In this document: positions 1 to 9,413 of the stretch, piece by piece
Position numbering within the stretch: position 1 is the first letter of the stretch
Layout: every line of letters starts with the position of its first letter
Assembly: GCA_050633245.1 (NCBI GenBank)
Contig: JBOEGD010000004.1
Span: 1 to 64,000, forward strand
Direction: 5' to 3'
Origin: Calditrichia bacterium
Lineage (GTDB): Bacteria; Calditrichota; Calditrichia; RBG-13-44-9; J075
Length of the DNA: 64,000 nucleotides
Program-made: the position numbers and the translations under genes
The notes under the pieces: generated by a model
Databases searched by the model: none
What the model was told of the DNA's origin: nothing
The model's input: the letters and a program-made list of their open reading frames with translations, nothing else

Positions 1-21
1 CTTCTCACTTCTCACTTCTCA
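1..21. repeat. End of a heptamer tandem repeat (CTTCTCA x3), probably continuing left of the window
   Basis: cttctcacttctcacttctca; same TCACTTC unit as in the 5459-5696 array. Confidence 0.75.
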
Positions 22-120
22 AAAAGATACACCGAATAGCGAACTTAAAACCAGACAATTTTGCCCATGAAATAGAATCAATAATTACGTATATTGTGCC
101 GATTGTAGTTTATATAGAAG

Positions 121-2394
121 TTGAAAAGAGTCACTGGAGTTTGTTCCGATACGAATCGATTGGTAATGCTGATGAACGATACTAAAACTGCTGTTTTTCT
201 AAAAGCGATGCTTCTGTCCTCCACAACAATCGGTCTTACATCAGGTGAGCATACCGAAATTAAGATTGAAGATGTAAAATTGACGCCAACCGTTGCTCTT
301 AAAAGCTGTGTAAAGGATGGGACTAACTGGTTAGTTACCACTGCCGACGCTCTTCAAATTGATCAGTCTTATACCATTTCTATTGGCCCCCTAACTCTTC
401 CTGTGCTTATTGGCGACTCGTTAAATCATTTATACTCGAAGAAACCCCTCGGTTATACTCGCGGTAAGGCCGGTTCTATTTTCCGTGTTTTCGCACCCAG
501 GGCCTCCCGGGTTCATCTTGTCATTTTTAACAGGTTTGATGATTTGAAGGGGCGTGAACTCGAGATGCGTCGTGACAAAGATGGGGTCTGGGAGTTGGAA
601 ACAACTGCAGACTGGACCGGAAAATTTTATGGTTATCGGATTCATGGTCCGCAGGGGGCTATCGAAAAGTTTGATTCCTCAGTAATTATTGCCGATCCCT
701 ACAGCAAAGCAGTCGTAAGCCAAAACCACTATCTGCATCCTGCTAAAACGCATATCCTGCCGGATGATGATTTCGATTGGGAAGGGGACACCGGCGTTTC
801 AATTCACGAACGTGACCTCATTATATATGAAGCACATGTGCGTGATATGACAATGCATCCTTCGTCCGGATTACACTCAAAAAGACGTGGCAGTTACCTC
901 GGCTTGATAAATGAAAACCAACGCGGTGGATTGCCCTGGATGCGTCAGCTCGGCATTAATGCAGTTGAGCTACTCCCGGTTCAGGGATTCGGCACTTTCG
1001 AAATTCCATATAAAGAGCAAACCGGTGAAGCATATAATACCTGGAACCCATATGCCCGGAATCACTGGGGATACATGACCAACTATTTCTTCGCACCTGA
1101 GGCGTTTTATAGCAGCGGCGGAAAAAAAGACGCAGGGGAATGGAATGGTGCCGATGCCAGACAAGTGAAGGAGTTCAAAACGCTGGTAAAAGAATTCCAT
1201 CGCAATGATATTGCTGTAATAATGGACGTCGTTTATAATCACGTTTCACAATATGATCTCAATCCATTTAAGTATCTGGATAAACAATACTATTTTCGCA
1301 CCGATGCAAAAGGCGAGTTCTGGAACGATAGCGGATGCGGTAACGACTTTAAGTCTGAAAGCCCGATGGCAAGGCGAATGATTATCGACAGCATTCTGTA
1401 TTGGATGAAAGAGTACCATATTGATGGGTTTCGCTTTGATCTTGCAAAAATCATCGATTGGGAAACCTGTGAAGCGATTATTGCTGCAGCTCGTGAAGAG
1501 AACCCGAACGTAATCATTATTGCCGAGCCGTGGGGTGGTGGCTATGATCCGGCCGGATTTTCGAATCGTGGTTGGGCTGCTTGGAATGATAAAATCCGAA
1601 ATGGAATAAAAGGGTGGGACCCGGAACACAGTAAAGGGTTCCTCTTTGGCGAATGGCAGGGAGATAATAACCTCGAATCGCTACGCAGTTTTGCGATGGG
1701 AACGCTACAGAAGCACGGCGGTCTTTTTGCGAAAACCGAACATGCTGTAAACTACTTGGCTTCCCATGACAACCATACTCTCGGAGATTTTATTCGTATT
1801 GGTCTGGGTGAAGTCAATGCGAATAAACCTATCGATGACCTTCAGAAACATGCGCTTCTTTCTCCTGCGCAACTCCGATTGAATAAGTTGGCTGCACTCA
1901 CACTGTTTTCTGCCCAGGGCCCGCTTATGATACATGCTGGTCAGGAGTTTGCCAGAAGTAAAGTTATTGCTTCGACAACCGTGCCGGATACCAATGTCGG
2001 GCTAATCGATCATAACAGTTATGAAAAGGATGATGAAACGAACTGGCTGAACTTTGATCATGCTGAAGCAAATAGTCAATTGGTCGATTATTATCGCGGA
2101 TTAATACTGCTGCGTAAGCGCTTGCGAGCACTCCGTTGGGCCGACCCGGAACATTTTTATTTTGCTAACACCAGCGACCCACTATTGCTCGTCTATCTGA
2201 TCAACTATAACAATGAAGAAATTCTTGTCGCGTTGAATGGAAATCCTAATCAGGTCCACGATGTTGAATTGCCCGCAGGAGATTGGGCCGTTTGGGTCGA
2301 TGCGAAAGCTGTTTACGCAGATAAGCCTGCGGCAAGATTAACCGGAAAGCTTACAATCGCCCCATCGAGCGGCTGTCTGTTGGCGAAGCAATAA
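121..2394 (+). CDS. GH13 alpha-1,6 debranching enzyme (type I pullulanase/isoamylase-like) with CBM48
   Basis: FRVFAPRAS CBM48 start, IIYEAHVRD, NHWGY, MDVVYNH; catalytic DGFRFDLA / IAEPW / SHDN. True start may be ATG 166 or 172. Confidence 0.9.
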   Translation: MKRVTGVCSDTNRLVMLMNDTKTAVFLKAMLLSSTTIGLTSGEHTEIKIEDVKLTPTVALKSCVKDGTNWLVTTADALQIDQSYTISIGPLTLPVLIGDSLNHLYSKKPLGYTRGKAGSIFRVFAPRASRVHLVIFNRFDDLKGRELEMRRDKDGVWELETTADWTGKFYGYRIHGPQGAIEKFDSSVIIADPYSKAVVSQNHYLHPAKTHILPDDDFDWEGDTGVSIHERDLIIYEAHVRDMTMHPSSGLHSKRRGSYLGLINENQRGGLPWMRQLGINAVELLPVQGFGTFEIPYKEQTGEAYNTWNPYARNHWGYMTNYFFAPEAFYSSGGKKDAGEWNGADARQVKEFKTLVKEFHRNDIAVIMDVVYNHVSQYDLNPFKYLDKQYYFRTDAKGEFWNDSGCGNDFKSESPMARRMIIDSILYWMKEYHIDGFRFDLAKIIDWETCEAIIAAAREENPNVIIIAEPWGGGYDPAGFSNRGWAAWNDKIRNGIKGWDPEHSKGFLFGEWQGDNNLESLRSFAMGTLQKHGGLFAKTEHAVNYLASHDNHTLGDFIRIGLGEVNANKPIDDLQKHALLSPAQLRLNKLAALTLFSAQGPLMIHAGQEFARSKVIASTTVPDTNVGLIDHNSYEKDDETNWLNFDHAEANSQLVDYYRGLILLRKRLRALRWADPEHFYFANTSDPLLLVYLINYNNEEILVALNGNPNQVHDVELPAGDWAVWVDAKAVYADKPAARLTGKLTIAPSSGCLLAKQ

Positions 2395-2395
2395 T

Positions 2396-2779
2396 ATGTA
2401 TTTGCAGATGCTGATCGTCGGTGTCGGTGGATTTGTCGGTGCCATTTTGCGCTTTATTCTCTCCGGCTGGGGAAATTCGCTGGTAGAAAACGGTTTTCCT
2501 GCAGGCACATTTCTGGTTAACGTGATTGGGTGCTTTCTTCTGGGCACGATCTATGGCACTGCAAGTCAGTTTACCGCAAGTCCCAACCTGAAGTTGTTTC
2601 TTGCAACCGGCCTTCTTGGGGCATTAACAACGTTCTCTACCTTTTCCCTCGAAACGATTTCTCTTGTGCAAAATAGTGAATTTCAGAAAGCCTTGCTGAA
2701 CATAATTGGTAGTCTGGTTGTGGGAATTGCTGCTGGTTATGCCGGTATTGCTTTAGGGCGATTCTTTACCGCTTCCTGA
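2396..2779 (+). CDS. crcB: Fluoride efflux channel CrcB/FluC
   Basis: 127 aa, 4 TM; GGFVGAILRF, FPAGTFLVNVIGCFLLG, TGLLGALTTFSTFSLE. Confidence 0.95.
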   Translation: MYLQMLIVGVGGFVGAILRFILSGWGNSLVENGFPAGTFLVNVIGCFLLGTIYGTASQFTASPNLKLFLATGLLGALTTFSTFSLETISLVQNSEFQKALLNIIGSLVVGIAAGYAGIALGRFFTAS

Positions 2780-2828
2780 ATAGCCCTCACTCGTGTTTTT
2801 AAAAGTCTTATCTTTATTTGGAGGAAAC

Positions 2829-5351
2829 ATGTCTCATCGCTTGATGGCTCTTATAGCCGGTCTGTTTATCTGCATATTCAGCTGCTCCTACAAAACAACT
2901 GTCCAACCCGGCAATGATATCCCCGATGACATCTACGTGCTTCCAACCAGCGAGATTACGGATGTTATTCCAGTTGTTCATGCAACAGCTTCCGAGAAGA
3001 TCGCTATTCCACTCCAGGATCTATTTTATGCTGAAAGTTATGATTTACAGGTTGATGCCGAAAGATCGGATCAGCAGGATCTGAACGCCAAAATTCTGAA
3101 CGATAGTCTTTTCCTTCATCCGGATGCGGAAGCAGAAGGGCTTAAGTCGCTGTGGGTGAATTTGAATGGCAATTTTTATCAGATTCCCGTTAAAGTGACC
3201 CGACTTGTTGAAAAGACGTTTCGCTTAAACAAAACTGATATCAATTCTGGAAACGTAACGATCTTCGGAGAATTTAACGCATGGAATCGCGTTCAGTCTC
3301 CATTGATATTGCAGGCAGATGGTAGCTATGAAATTACACTTAAGTTACAGCCAGGGCGTTATCAGTATAAGTTTTTTGAAGATGGCCGGGAGTTTCTCGA
3401 TCCGGCGAATCCTGATTCTGTGCCGAATGGCTTTGGCGCCTTTAACTCCCTTTTGACCATAAAGCCTCGCAATGAACATTCTTTTGAACTTTTTCCTGAT
3501 TTTTTCGAAGAGAAAGCTGATAGTCTTGTATTGAACTTTAAGTATCTTTATATCAGAAATCCACTATGGGAAGCTCATCCTATATTACAGTCCGCTCTTA
3601 TTCCGCGGACCAAGTTCTTTATCGATAATATGGCTGTGCCGGTCGATTGGATTGGTCCTTTGAGAAACCTTGAGACCTTTAGCCTTGTGATTCCTAAATC
3701 TTACTTCATCCCGGGGCGACTTTATACTGTTCGTGTGGCCATTTATAGCAAAAGATTTAATGGCATTTCAAGCAACTTTCACCAAACTCTTTTGAAGGAT
3801 GGGCGCATTGTTGGGACAGAAACCGGAATTGAAAGCAATTACGATCGCGTTATATACTCGCTGATGGTCGATCGCTTTCGCGATGGCGATCCTGAGAATA
3901 ACTGGAAGGCAGAGCATGCTGAGCTCGACCCGCGTGTTAACTATCATGGTGGCGACTTACAGGGAGTCATTGATGCACTTAAAGAAGGCTACTTCGATTC
4001 TCTTGGTGTGAATACGTTGTGGCTCTCGCCGGTAATTCAAAACACGCAACGCGTAGAGCAGGAGTTTCCTGAGCCACATCGCTGGTTTACATCCTATCAT
4101 GGCTATTGGCCAACCGATCCCGAAAAGGTAGACTCGCGCTTTGGAGACATGAGGCTGCTAAAGGAGATTGTTGTGGAAGCAGGGAAACACGATTCAGAAG
4201 TATTGTTGGACTATGTCGCCAACCATGCACATCGCGATCATCCTTGGTTTACTAAACATCGTAGCTGGTTTGGTAAACTCGACTTGCCGGACGGGCGTAA
4301 AAACCTGCGCTTCTGGGATGAGTTCAGGTTAACCACTTGGTTCGAACCGTATTTGCCCTCGTTTGATTATGTGGACTCTCCCGAGGCACTGGATGCAATG
4401 ACTGAAAATGCTATCTGGTGGTTAAGGGAGAGCGGGGCTGCAGGTTTTCGCCATGATGCCGTGAAGCATATTCCAAATCGCTTCTGGCGGACTCTTACAA
4501 GGAAAATTCGTAAGATGGATGAGCAGCGTGCCGTGCCGCTCTTCCAAATTGGCGAGACCTTTGGCGGTTATGATCTAATTTCATCCTACGTGAATAATGG
4601 ACAGCTAAACAGCCAGTTTAACTTTAACCTATTCGACGCGGCTCGAAATACTTTTCTGCGCACAGATGCCTCTTTTGCCGATCTGGAAAAGGAAATGCAG
4701 AAGACGCTTGAGGTATATGGCGTGAATCATTTAATGGGTAATCCAATCAATAGCCACGATAAAGTTCGCTACCTGTCCTATGCGGATGGCGATTTATCTC
4801 TTGATTCCGGCAATGCGAAAGAACTTGCCTGGAATAACCCACCGCAGGTTGACAATCCGGACAGCTATCGCCGGATGCGTCTCTACATGGCCTACATGAT
4901 GACGATTCCCGGAGTCCCGATAGTTTACTATGGCGATGAGATTGGCATGACGGGATCGGAAGACCCGGACAATCGGCGACCGATGCGGTTTGGAAAGCAG
5001 CTTTCTGACAATGAAAACGAAATGCTACGGGAGAGTCGCAAGCTTATTGGGATCAGGCAGGAACATTCAGCTTTGCGTTATGGAGACTACCATTCTCTGC
5101 GTGCGGACGAAGATTGTCTTGTGTTTATGCGCAGCGATTTTAATGAAAAGCTTGTAATTGCATTCAATAAATCGGGAAAAGATGTTCGTGCGGAGGTTCC
5201 TTTTGGAATCTTAAACTCGAGAAACTCGGGTCTGTGCAACCTGACTGATGTACGAACAGGCACCCAAGCTGACAAGTCTACCAGAAACTATACGATAATG
5301 ATCCCTGCTGGCAAGTGGGGAATTTGGAAATACGTTGAGGCGAAGCAGTAG
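2829..5351 (+). CDS. GH13 alpha-amylase/cyclomaltodextrinase-like lipoprotein with a glycogen-binding CBM48 domain
   Basis: GGAGG SD before ATG 2829 (track start 2793); lipobox-like IFSC; GEFNAWN...PGRYQYKF; YHGYW, DYVANH, GFRHDAVKH, GET, SHD, PGVPIVYYGDEIG. Confidence 0.9.
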   Translation: MSHRLMALIAGLFICIFSCSYKTTVQPGNDIPDDIYVLPTSEITDVIPVVHATASEKIAIPLQDLFYAESYDLQVDAERSDQQDLNAKILNDSLFLHPDAEAEGLKSLWVNLNGNFYQIPVKVTRLVEKTFRLNKTDINSGNVTIFGEFNAWNRVQSPLILQADGSYEITLKLQPGRYQYKFFEDGREFLDPANPDSVPNGFGAFNSLLTIKPRNEHSFELFPDFFEEKADSLVLNFKYLYIRNPLWEAHPILQSALIPRTKFFIDNMAVPVDWIGPLRNLETFSLVIPKSYFIPGRLYTVRVAIYSKRFNGISSNFHQTLLKDGRIVGTETGIESNYDRVIYSLMVDRFRDGDPENNWKAEHAELDPRVNYHGGDLQGVIDALKEGYFDSLGVNTLWLSPVIQNTQRVEQEFPEPHRWFTSYHGYWPTDPEKVDSRFGDMRLLKEIVVEAGKHDSEVLLDYVANHAHRDHPWFTKHRSWFGKLDLPDGRKNLRFWDEFRLTTWFEPYLPSFDYVDSPEALDAMTENAIWWLRESGAAGFRHDAVKHIPNRFWRTLTRKIRKMDEQRAVPLFQIGETFGGYDLISSYVNNGQLNSQFNFNLFDAARNTFLRTDASFADLEKEMQKTLEVYGVNHLMGNPINSHDKVRYLSYADGDLSLDSGNAKELAWNNPPQVDNPDSYRRMRLYMAYMMTIPGVPIVYYGDEIGMTGSEDPDNRRPMRFGKQLSDNENEMLRESRKLIGIRQEHSALRYGDYHSLRADEDCLVFMRSDFNEKLVIAFNKSGKDVRAEVPFGILNSRNSGLCNLTDVRTGTQADKSTRNYTIMIPAGKWGIWKYVEAKQ

Positions 5352-5372
5352 GTCAGTGAGCATTGAACCCGT

Positions 5373-5396
5373 GTCAGGCTGAGCGTCGTCGAAGTC
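5373..5396. repeat. Single REP-like element GTCAGGCTGAGCGTCGTCGAAGTC (CTGAGC..GTCGAAG type)
   Basis: Intergenic, just after the amylase stop; resembles a short extragenic repeat family I recall from FCB-group genomes; one copy in window. Confidence 0.4.
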
Positions 5397-5458
5397 AAAG
5401 CGAGCTGAAGGCACTAAGGCTTAAAAGTGATAAACGGTCAGAAATGGTCAGCACTAAC

Positions 5459-5696
5459 GTCTTGCTTCCGGCTACTCACTTCTCGCTACTGATGTCTTGC
5501 TTCTTGCTACTCACTTCTGGCTACTGATGTCTTGCTTCTTGCTACTCACTTCTCGCTACTGATGTCTTGCTTCTCGCTACTCACTTCTCGCTACTGATGT
5601 CTTGCTTCTCGCTACTCACTTCTCGCTACTGATGTCTTGCTTCTTGCTACTCACTTCTGACGTTTCACTTCTGACGTTTCACTTTTCACTTTTCGC
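5459..5696. repeat. 35-bp tandem repeat (5 full + 1 partial unit) built from five heptamers, decaying into 14- and 7-bp repeats
   Basis: Unit GTCTTGCTTCT(T/C)GCTACTCACTTCTCGCTACTGAT starts at 5459, 5494, 5529, 5564, 5599, 5634; tail TCACTTCTGACGTT x2 then TCACTTT. Confidence 0.95.
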
Positions 5697-8036
5697 TTAC
5701 CGCTGTAAGACAATCGATCTAACAGCAGTGTTCGCTTCTGTAGCTACCCGATAGAAATAGTGCCCACTTCCTACCGCAGAACCCTGATCGTCAAGTCCAT
5801 TCCATTGCAATGAATGTTCCCCGGCAGATAGGCGACCGTCAAATAAGGTACGGATACGTTGTCCAAGCGCGTTAAACAGAACGACAGCTACTTCCGCATC
5901 GTTTGGTACGGCAAAGCGTAGCGTATTTTGTCCGTTAAATGGATTCGGATAAGCAGGGAAGAGTACAAAACGATCAATGGTTGTCTCATCTCCGTTTTGC
6001 GTTAGCTTTACCGCCGGGAATGAGCTAATCGTTCCCTGTACGTCAACTGCCTGTAACCGATACCAGTTTTCTATGCCCGCTACCGGTGTAGCATCGGTGA
6101 AGCAATATGTTCGTCTGTGGTTGCTGTGCCCTGCGCCGACAAGTTCACCTGATGTGGTATAATCTGCCAGCACCTGAAAAGGACCTGCGGCATTTACAGC
6201 GCGCGACAGGATAAAACCGACGTTGTTAATTTCACTCTCGGTAGTCCAACAAATTTCGCCGGCACCATTTGACAGAATCTTTGCTGTAAATGCAGAAAGC
6301 TGTACGGGTAAGGCCTGATCGCTGCCGCCGAATCCAGGTGAACCCAGGTCTCCGCTGCTGGAAGGCCAGGCAATAGCTGCACTTTGCCAAAAGCTTAGAT
6401 TGTTATTGTCATCGGTGGTTGATCCAATAAAAACCATTGAGGCCCCACTCGTTCCGGAGGACTGCACGCTTCCGTCATAGTCAACGTTATCGATTATCGT
6501 CGTACCGTCGCTACCTACTAAAACGATCTCATCAGCACCATTTGCCAGAAAGTAGCTGGTATATTGATAATCGATGTTCACGCCACCATTTGCGGCAAAA
6601 TTGCTATTTCGACCAAGTGTTACAAATCCTTGTGCCGGAACAATCAATGCAGAGCCATTCGTAATAACGTGACTATCGATGTCATCGTCTCTAATTGTCC
6701 ACCCATTAATATCAATCGGGAAGCCGGTTGCGTTAAACAACTCAAACCATTCTCCGTCTGCATCGCTTACTACTGCAGGATTTTTCATAATCTCGCTGAT
6801 TATTATGTCTCCGGATCCCGGGGTGCCTCCAGAGCCGGTTGTGGCATTATTACGTGTAGGAGTTCCTGAATACATGGTGTTGGTAAGCGTATTCCAGAGT
6901 GCGAAATGGTAAACGGTTCCATTTGTGAGTCCGCGTATAATTACGCTGTTGCCATCGCCTTTATACATGGCAAAGCTGCCGCTACCAATCTCGCTGCCGG
7001 CGCCGAAGGTTGAGTTTGCGGCATAGGAAGACACTCCCGTTGAACTCGGGTCATCATCAATAATCGAACCTTCCTGGACAAGCAGTAAGAGTTCATTATT
7101 TGCATTATCGTAACCTATGGGAAGAGACCAACTTAATGCTAACGTGTCTGAGCCAATTGCAGTCAGAATAAGAGGGGAGGGAGCAGCAGTGGTCGCATTA
7201 CTAAAATACGATCGATTTGCCAATGACGTGTCGACGATAAATGGATTTACCAAGCCATCTTGCCAGTGAGCAATAGAGTCAGTGCGGGCGATTTCTGTTG
7301 AGTCAGGTGGATCTTGCCGGTGCCAGTCCAGAAACACATCTTTTTGAACATCAAAAAAGTTGGGATCGGCATTGTCCGCTTCGGTGCGATACATCGTATA
7401 AAAATAGAACATGATGCGTGCTACATCGCCTTTGTAGGATTCACGCGGTTCGAACAGGTTGCCGTCACTATCGGCTTCGGTATATTCTTCAATCAATGAG
7501 CCTGGTGTAGAACTGAGTTCCTGATCTCGGCGAAACCAGCTGTCGGTATCGTTGTCATCTATCTCGCCAAAGGGAAAGTTGCTCCGTGCGGAGTTTACCT
7601 GAACACGGGCAGGGCGTAGCGAGTGCATATCGCTTCTCGGATTGCCGGAGGATGCTCCTTTACTTTGTGGCCAGGTATGTTCTGCGTTTATTCCCTTTGC
7701 AAAAGCATCTGAACTGGGGTCGAGTGCGGGATCGATATAAACTGTATATAAACTGTATATGCCGCTGAGACTGTCATTTACATTAAATATTCTTCCATAG
7801 AGCGTATCCCGGGCGGCATTATAACTCAAAACCGTTGTGGTTTTATAGTTTGCCGCTAGTGAATCGAGCAATTGTTGTCCTGTAAGACCCGGATAAAGCT
7901 CCATTTTTGTGTTTTCAGTAGCGCTTTTCTTTTGTTGAGCGCCAATAGGGCTCACCAAAGTGCTAAATAGGATGATGACGATCACTATTAGGCGGATTGC
8001 CTGAATAAATTTTCGGTGTTTTAAATACGATTTCAT
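5697..8036 (-). CDS. Secreted endonuclease I family nuclease with FN3-like, lamin-tail (LTD) and C-terminal sorting domains
   Basis: NAEHTWPQS, SDMHSLRP..VNSARSN, FEPR..KGDVARIMFY, NPFIVD; IIISEIM.NP..GEWFELFN (LTD); LPVQLSAF; AYPNPFN CTD. Track start 8072. Confidence 0.9.
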   Translation of the reverse strand: MKSYLKHRKFIQAIRLIVIVIILFSTLVSPIGAQQKKSATENTKMELYPGLTGQQLLDSLAANYKTTTVLSYNAARDTLYGRIFNVNDSLSGIYSLYTVYIDPALDPSSDAFAKGINAEHTWPQSKGASSGNPRSDMHSLRPARVQVNSARSNFPFGEIDDNDTDSWFRRDQELSSTPGSLIEEYTEADSDGNLFEPRESYKGDVARIMFYFYTMYRTEADNADPNFFDVQKDVFLDWHRQDPPDSTEIARTDSIAHWQDGLVNPFIVDTSLANRSYFSNATTAAPSPLILTAIGSDTLALSWSLPIGYDNANNELLLLVQEGSIIDDDPSSTGVSSYAANSTFGAGSEIGSGSFAMYKGDGNSVIIRGLTNGTVYHFALWNTLTNTMYSGTPTRNNATTGSGGTPGSGDIIISEIMKNPAVVSDADGEWFELFNATGFPIDINGWTIRDDDIDSHVITNGSALIVPAQGFVTLGRNSNFAANGGVNIDYQYTSYFLANGADEIVLVGSDGTTIIDNVDYDGSVQSSGTSGASMVFIGSTTDDNNNLSFWQSAAIAWPSSSGDLGSPGFGGSDQALPVQLSAFTAKILSNGAGEICWTTESEINNVGFILSRAVNAAGPFQVLADYTTSGELVGAGHSNHRRTYCFTDATPVAGIENWYRLQAVDVQGTISSFPAVKLTQNGDETTIDRFVLFPAYPNPFNGQNTLRFAVPNDAEVAVVLFNALGQRIRTLFDGRLSAGEHSLQWNGLDDQGSAVGSGHYFYRVATEANTAVRSIVLQR

Positions 8037-8475
8037 TGGTATTCGATCTCTTGAGAGGCGGTGATGGGGCAAAATGTAATACGATGCGGTGATTTAATGG
8101 CAACATTTACTCATTTAGCAGCAAATATCCAATAGGGGGATAATTTTTTTTGCTTTGAAATGGTCCATAAGTGACTGAAATAGACAGAAAAGCCTGTTTT
8201 TTGGTAGATTATTTCTTCTGATCGCATTTTCATGCGTCAAATCAATGCTTCCAGGGTGTAGCGCCGTATATTGATTGCAGTCATTTGGACAGAGCAACAC
8301 AGGGTTGAACCCGGTGATGAGCCTTCAGTGGAGTGGGGGATTTTGATCAGAATGGCGCTGCCCGCTAGTATTTGGCAGTCCGCATTTGGTTCCTTTTCAA
8401 TAGCCAGAGTAATCAAGAATGAAATCATGAGAAATCGTGATTGTAAAACCTATGCCCAATACAGGAGGCGGACAA

Positions 8476-8736
8476 ATGAAATGCCAACACCCAGGATGTA
8501 ACAGCACTCTCGTAATCGACTGCATTAAGTCGGATGAATTCGAATACATGTCTAACAGTTTTGGAGACGATATGCCGGCGAATGATTATGACGATGAAGC
8601 CAGCGTGGAATATTACTGTGTTCACCATTGTGCAGAGCATGGCTACTGCTGGAAATGCGGCTCGCCGCTGGACGTCAGCTGGTCGCCTGAAAGCGAAGGC
8701 ACCTGCAGTCTTTGCAACGACAGCAACTTGTTTTAA
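8476..8736 (+). CDS. Small Cys/His-rich putative double zinc-finger protein (paralog A)
   Basis: AGGAGG SD before ATG 8476; CQHPGC...IDC...YYCVHH...YCWKCG...CSLC; paralog at 9559. Confidence 0.8.
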   Translation: MKCQHPGCNSTLVIDCIKSDEFEYMSNSFGDDMPANDYDDEASVEYYCVHHCAEHGYCWKCGSPLDVSWSPESEGTCSLCNDSNLF

Positions 8737-8768
8737 TAGCGGAATAAGAGAATTTACCTGAGCAACGC

Positions 8769-8805
8769 GATCCGCTAAGGCTACTTAACGTAGCCGGATC
8801 TTTTT
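8769..8805 (+). terminator. Rho-independent terminator
   Basis: gatcc..ggctac-ttaac-gtagcc-ggatc followed by a T-run. Confidence 0.65.
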
Positions 8806-8993
8806 ATACTGATTTGTTCCGTAACGTTTTCCGACTCTGCCTCATGCGGAATTACTTATGATTACGAATACGGATACGGACTTCGATTTTATGGAACGGT
8901 GACTCATACGACTCTTCAAGCGACTACTGGACGGAATTGGTTGTGGAAGCGTTATCGGTTCAAATTAGTATTAAAAGATGAATTAATCTCGCC

Positions 8994-9347
8994 TTAATCT
9001 AGTCTTTTCTTTAATAATCCTTCAGCAAGCCTTAGCAACAACTCCCGTTCCTCGCTATTTAACTGGCGTGCGATCTGCTGTATTTCCACCAGATAGCGCT
9101 CATCGTATTTGGGAGTCTCTTCAGCAACGCTGTCTCCACCAGGTGCAGCTCTTCCGGTAATCAACCAGTGCAGGTCGCTGTTTAGAAAATTAGCTATGCT
9201 GCGTGCTTTTTCGATGGAGGGAAGTTTTTTTTCTTTGATGATATCGCTAAGTGTTGACTGTGGTATGCCGGATTCCTCGGCGAGTCTCTTTTGAGACTGG
9301 CGATTTTCCTTAAGGAGTTTTTTGACACGAGATCCAAAACCAGGCAT
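8994..9347 (-). CDS. XRE/Cro-C1 family HTH transcriptional regulator
   Basis: GSRVKKLLKE..SQKRLAEESGIPQSTLSDI...PS....IANFL..DLHWLITG; no S24 peptidase domain. Confidence 0.9.
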   Translation of the reverse strand: MPGFGSRVKKLLKENRQSQKRLAEESGIPQSTLSDIIKEKKLPSIEKARSIANFLNSDLHWLITGRAAPGGDSVAEETPKYDERYLVEIQQIARQLNSEERELLLRLAEGLLKKRLD

Positions 9348-9353
9348 TTTTTT

Positions 9354-9413
9354 TCCGCTTTTGCGAATTTTTTGAACAATTAGATTGACTTGTCCGCTTT
9401 TGCGAATTATCTT
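9354..9413 (+). promoter_or_regulatory. Sigma70 promoter (TTGACT-N17-TATCTT) with two identical quasi-palindromic operators TCCGCTTTTGCGAATT
   Basis: Operators at 9354-9369 and 9393-9408; -35 at 9385-9390, -10 at 9408-9413; the second operator fills the spacer. Confidence 0.75.

Noticed and set aside
2330-2396. Fluoride riboswitch upstream of crcB
   Set aside because: crcB abuts the upstream CDS and no GGCGATGG..TTCGCC-type aptamer is visible.
5459-5696. CRISPR array (35-bp periodicity)
   Set aside because: The units are head-to-tail with no unique spacers, are made of heptamers, and there are no cas genes.
8310-8345. Hammerhead ribozyme (TGATGAG)
   Set aside because: It lacks the CUGAUGA and GAAA core with the required stems.
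8806-8993. Small ORF or extra XRE operator between paralog A and the XRE gene
   Set aside because: The ATG-initiated frames I checked are very short and lack an SD; the partial TTCCG/GCGGAA matches lack the operator spacing.
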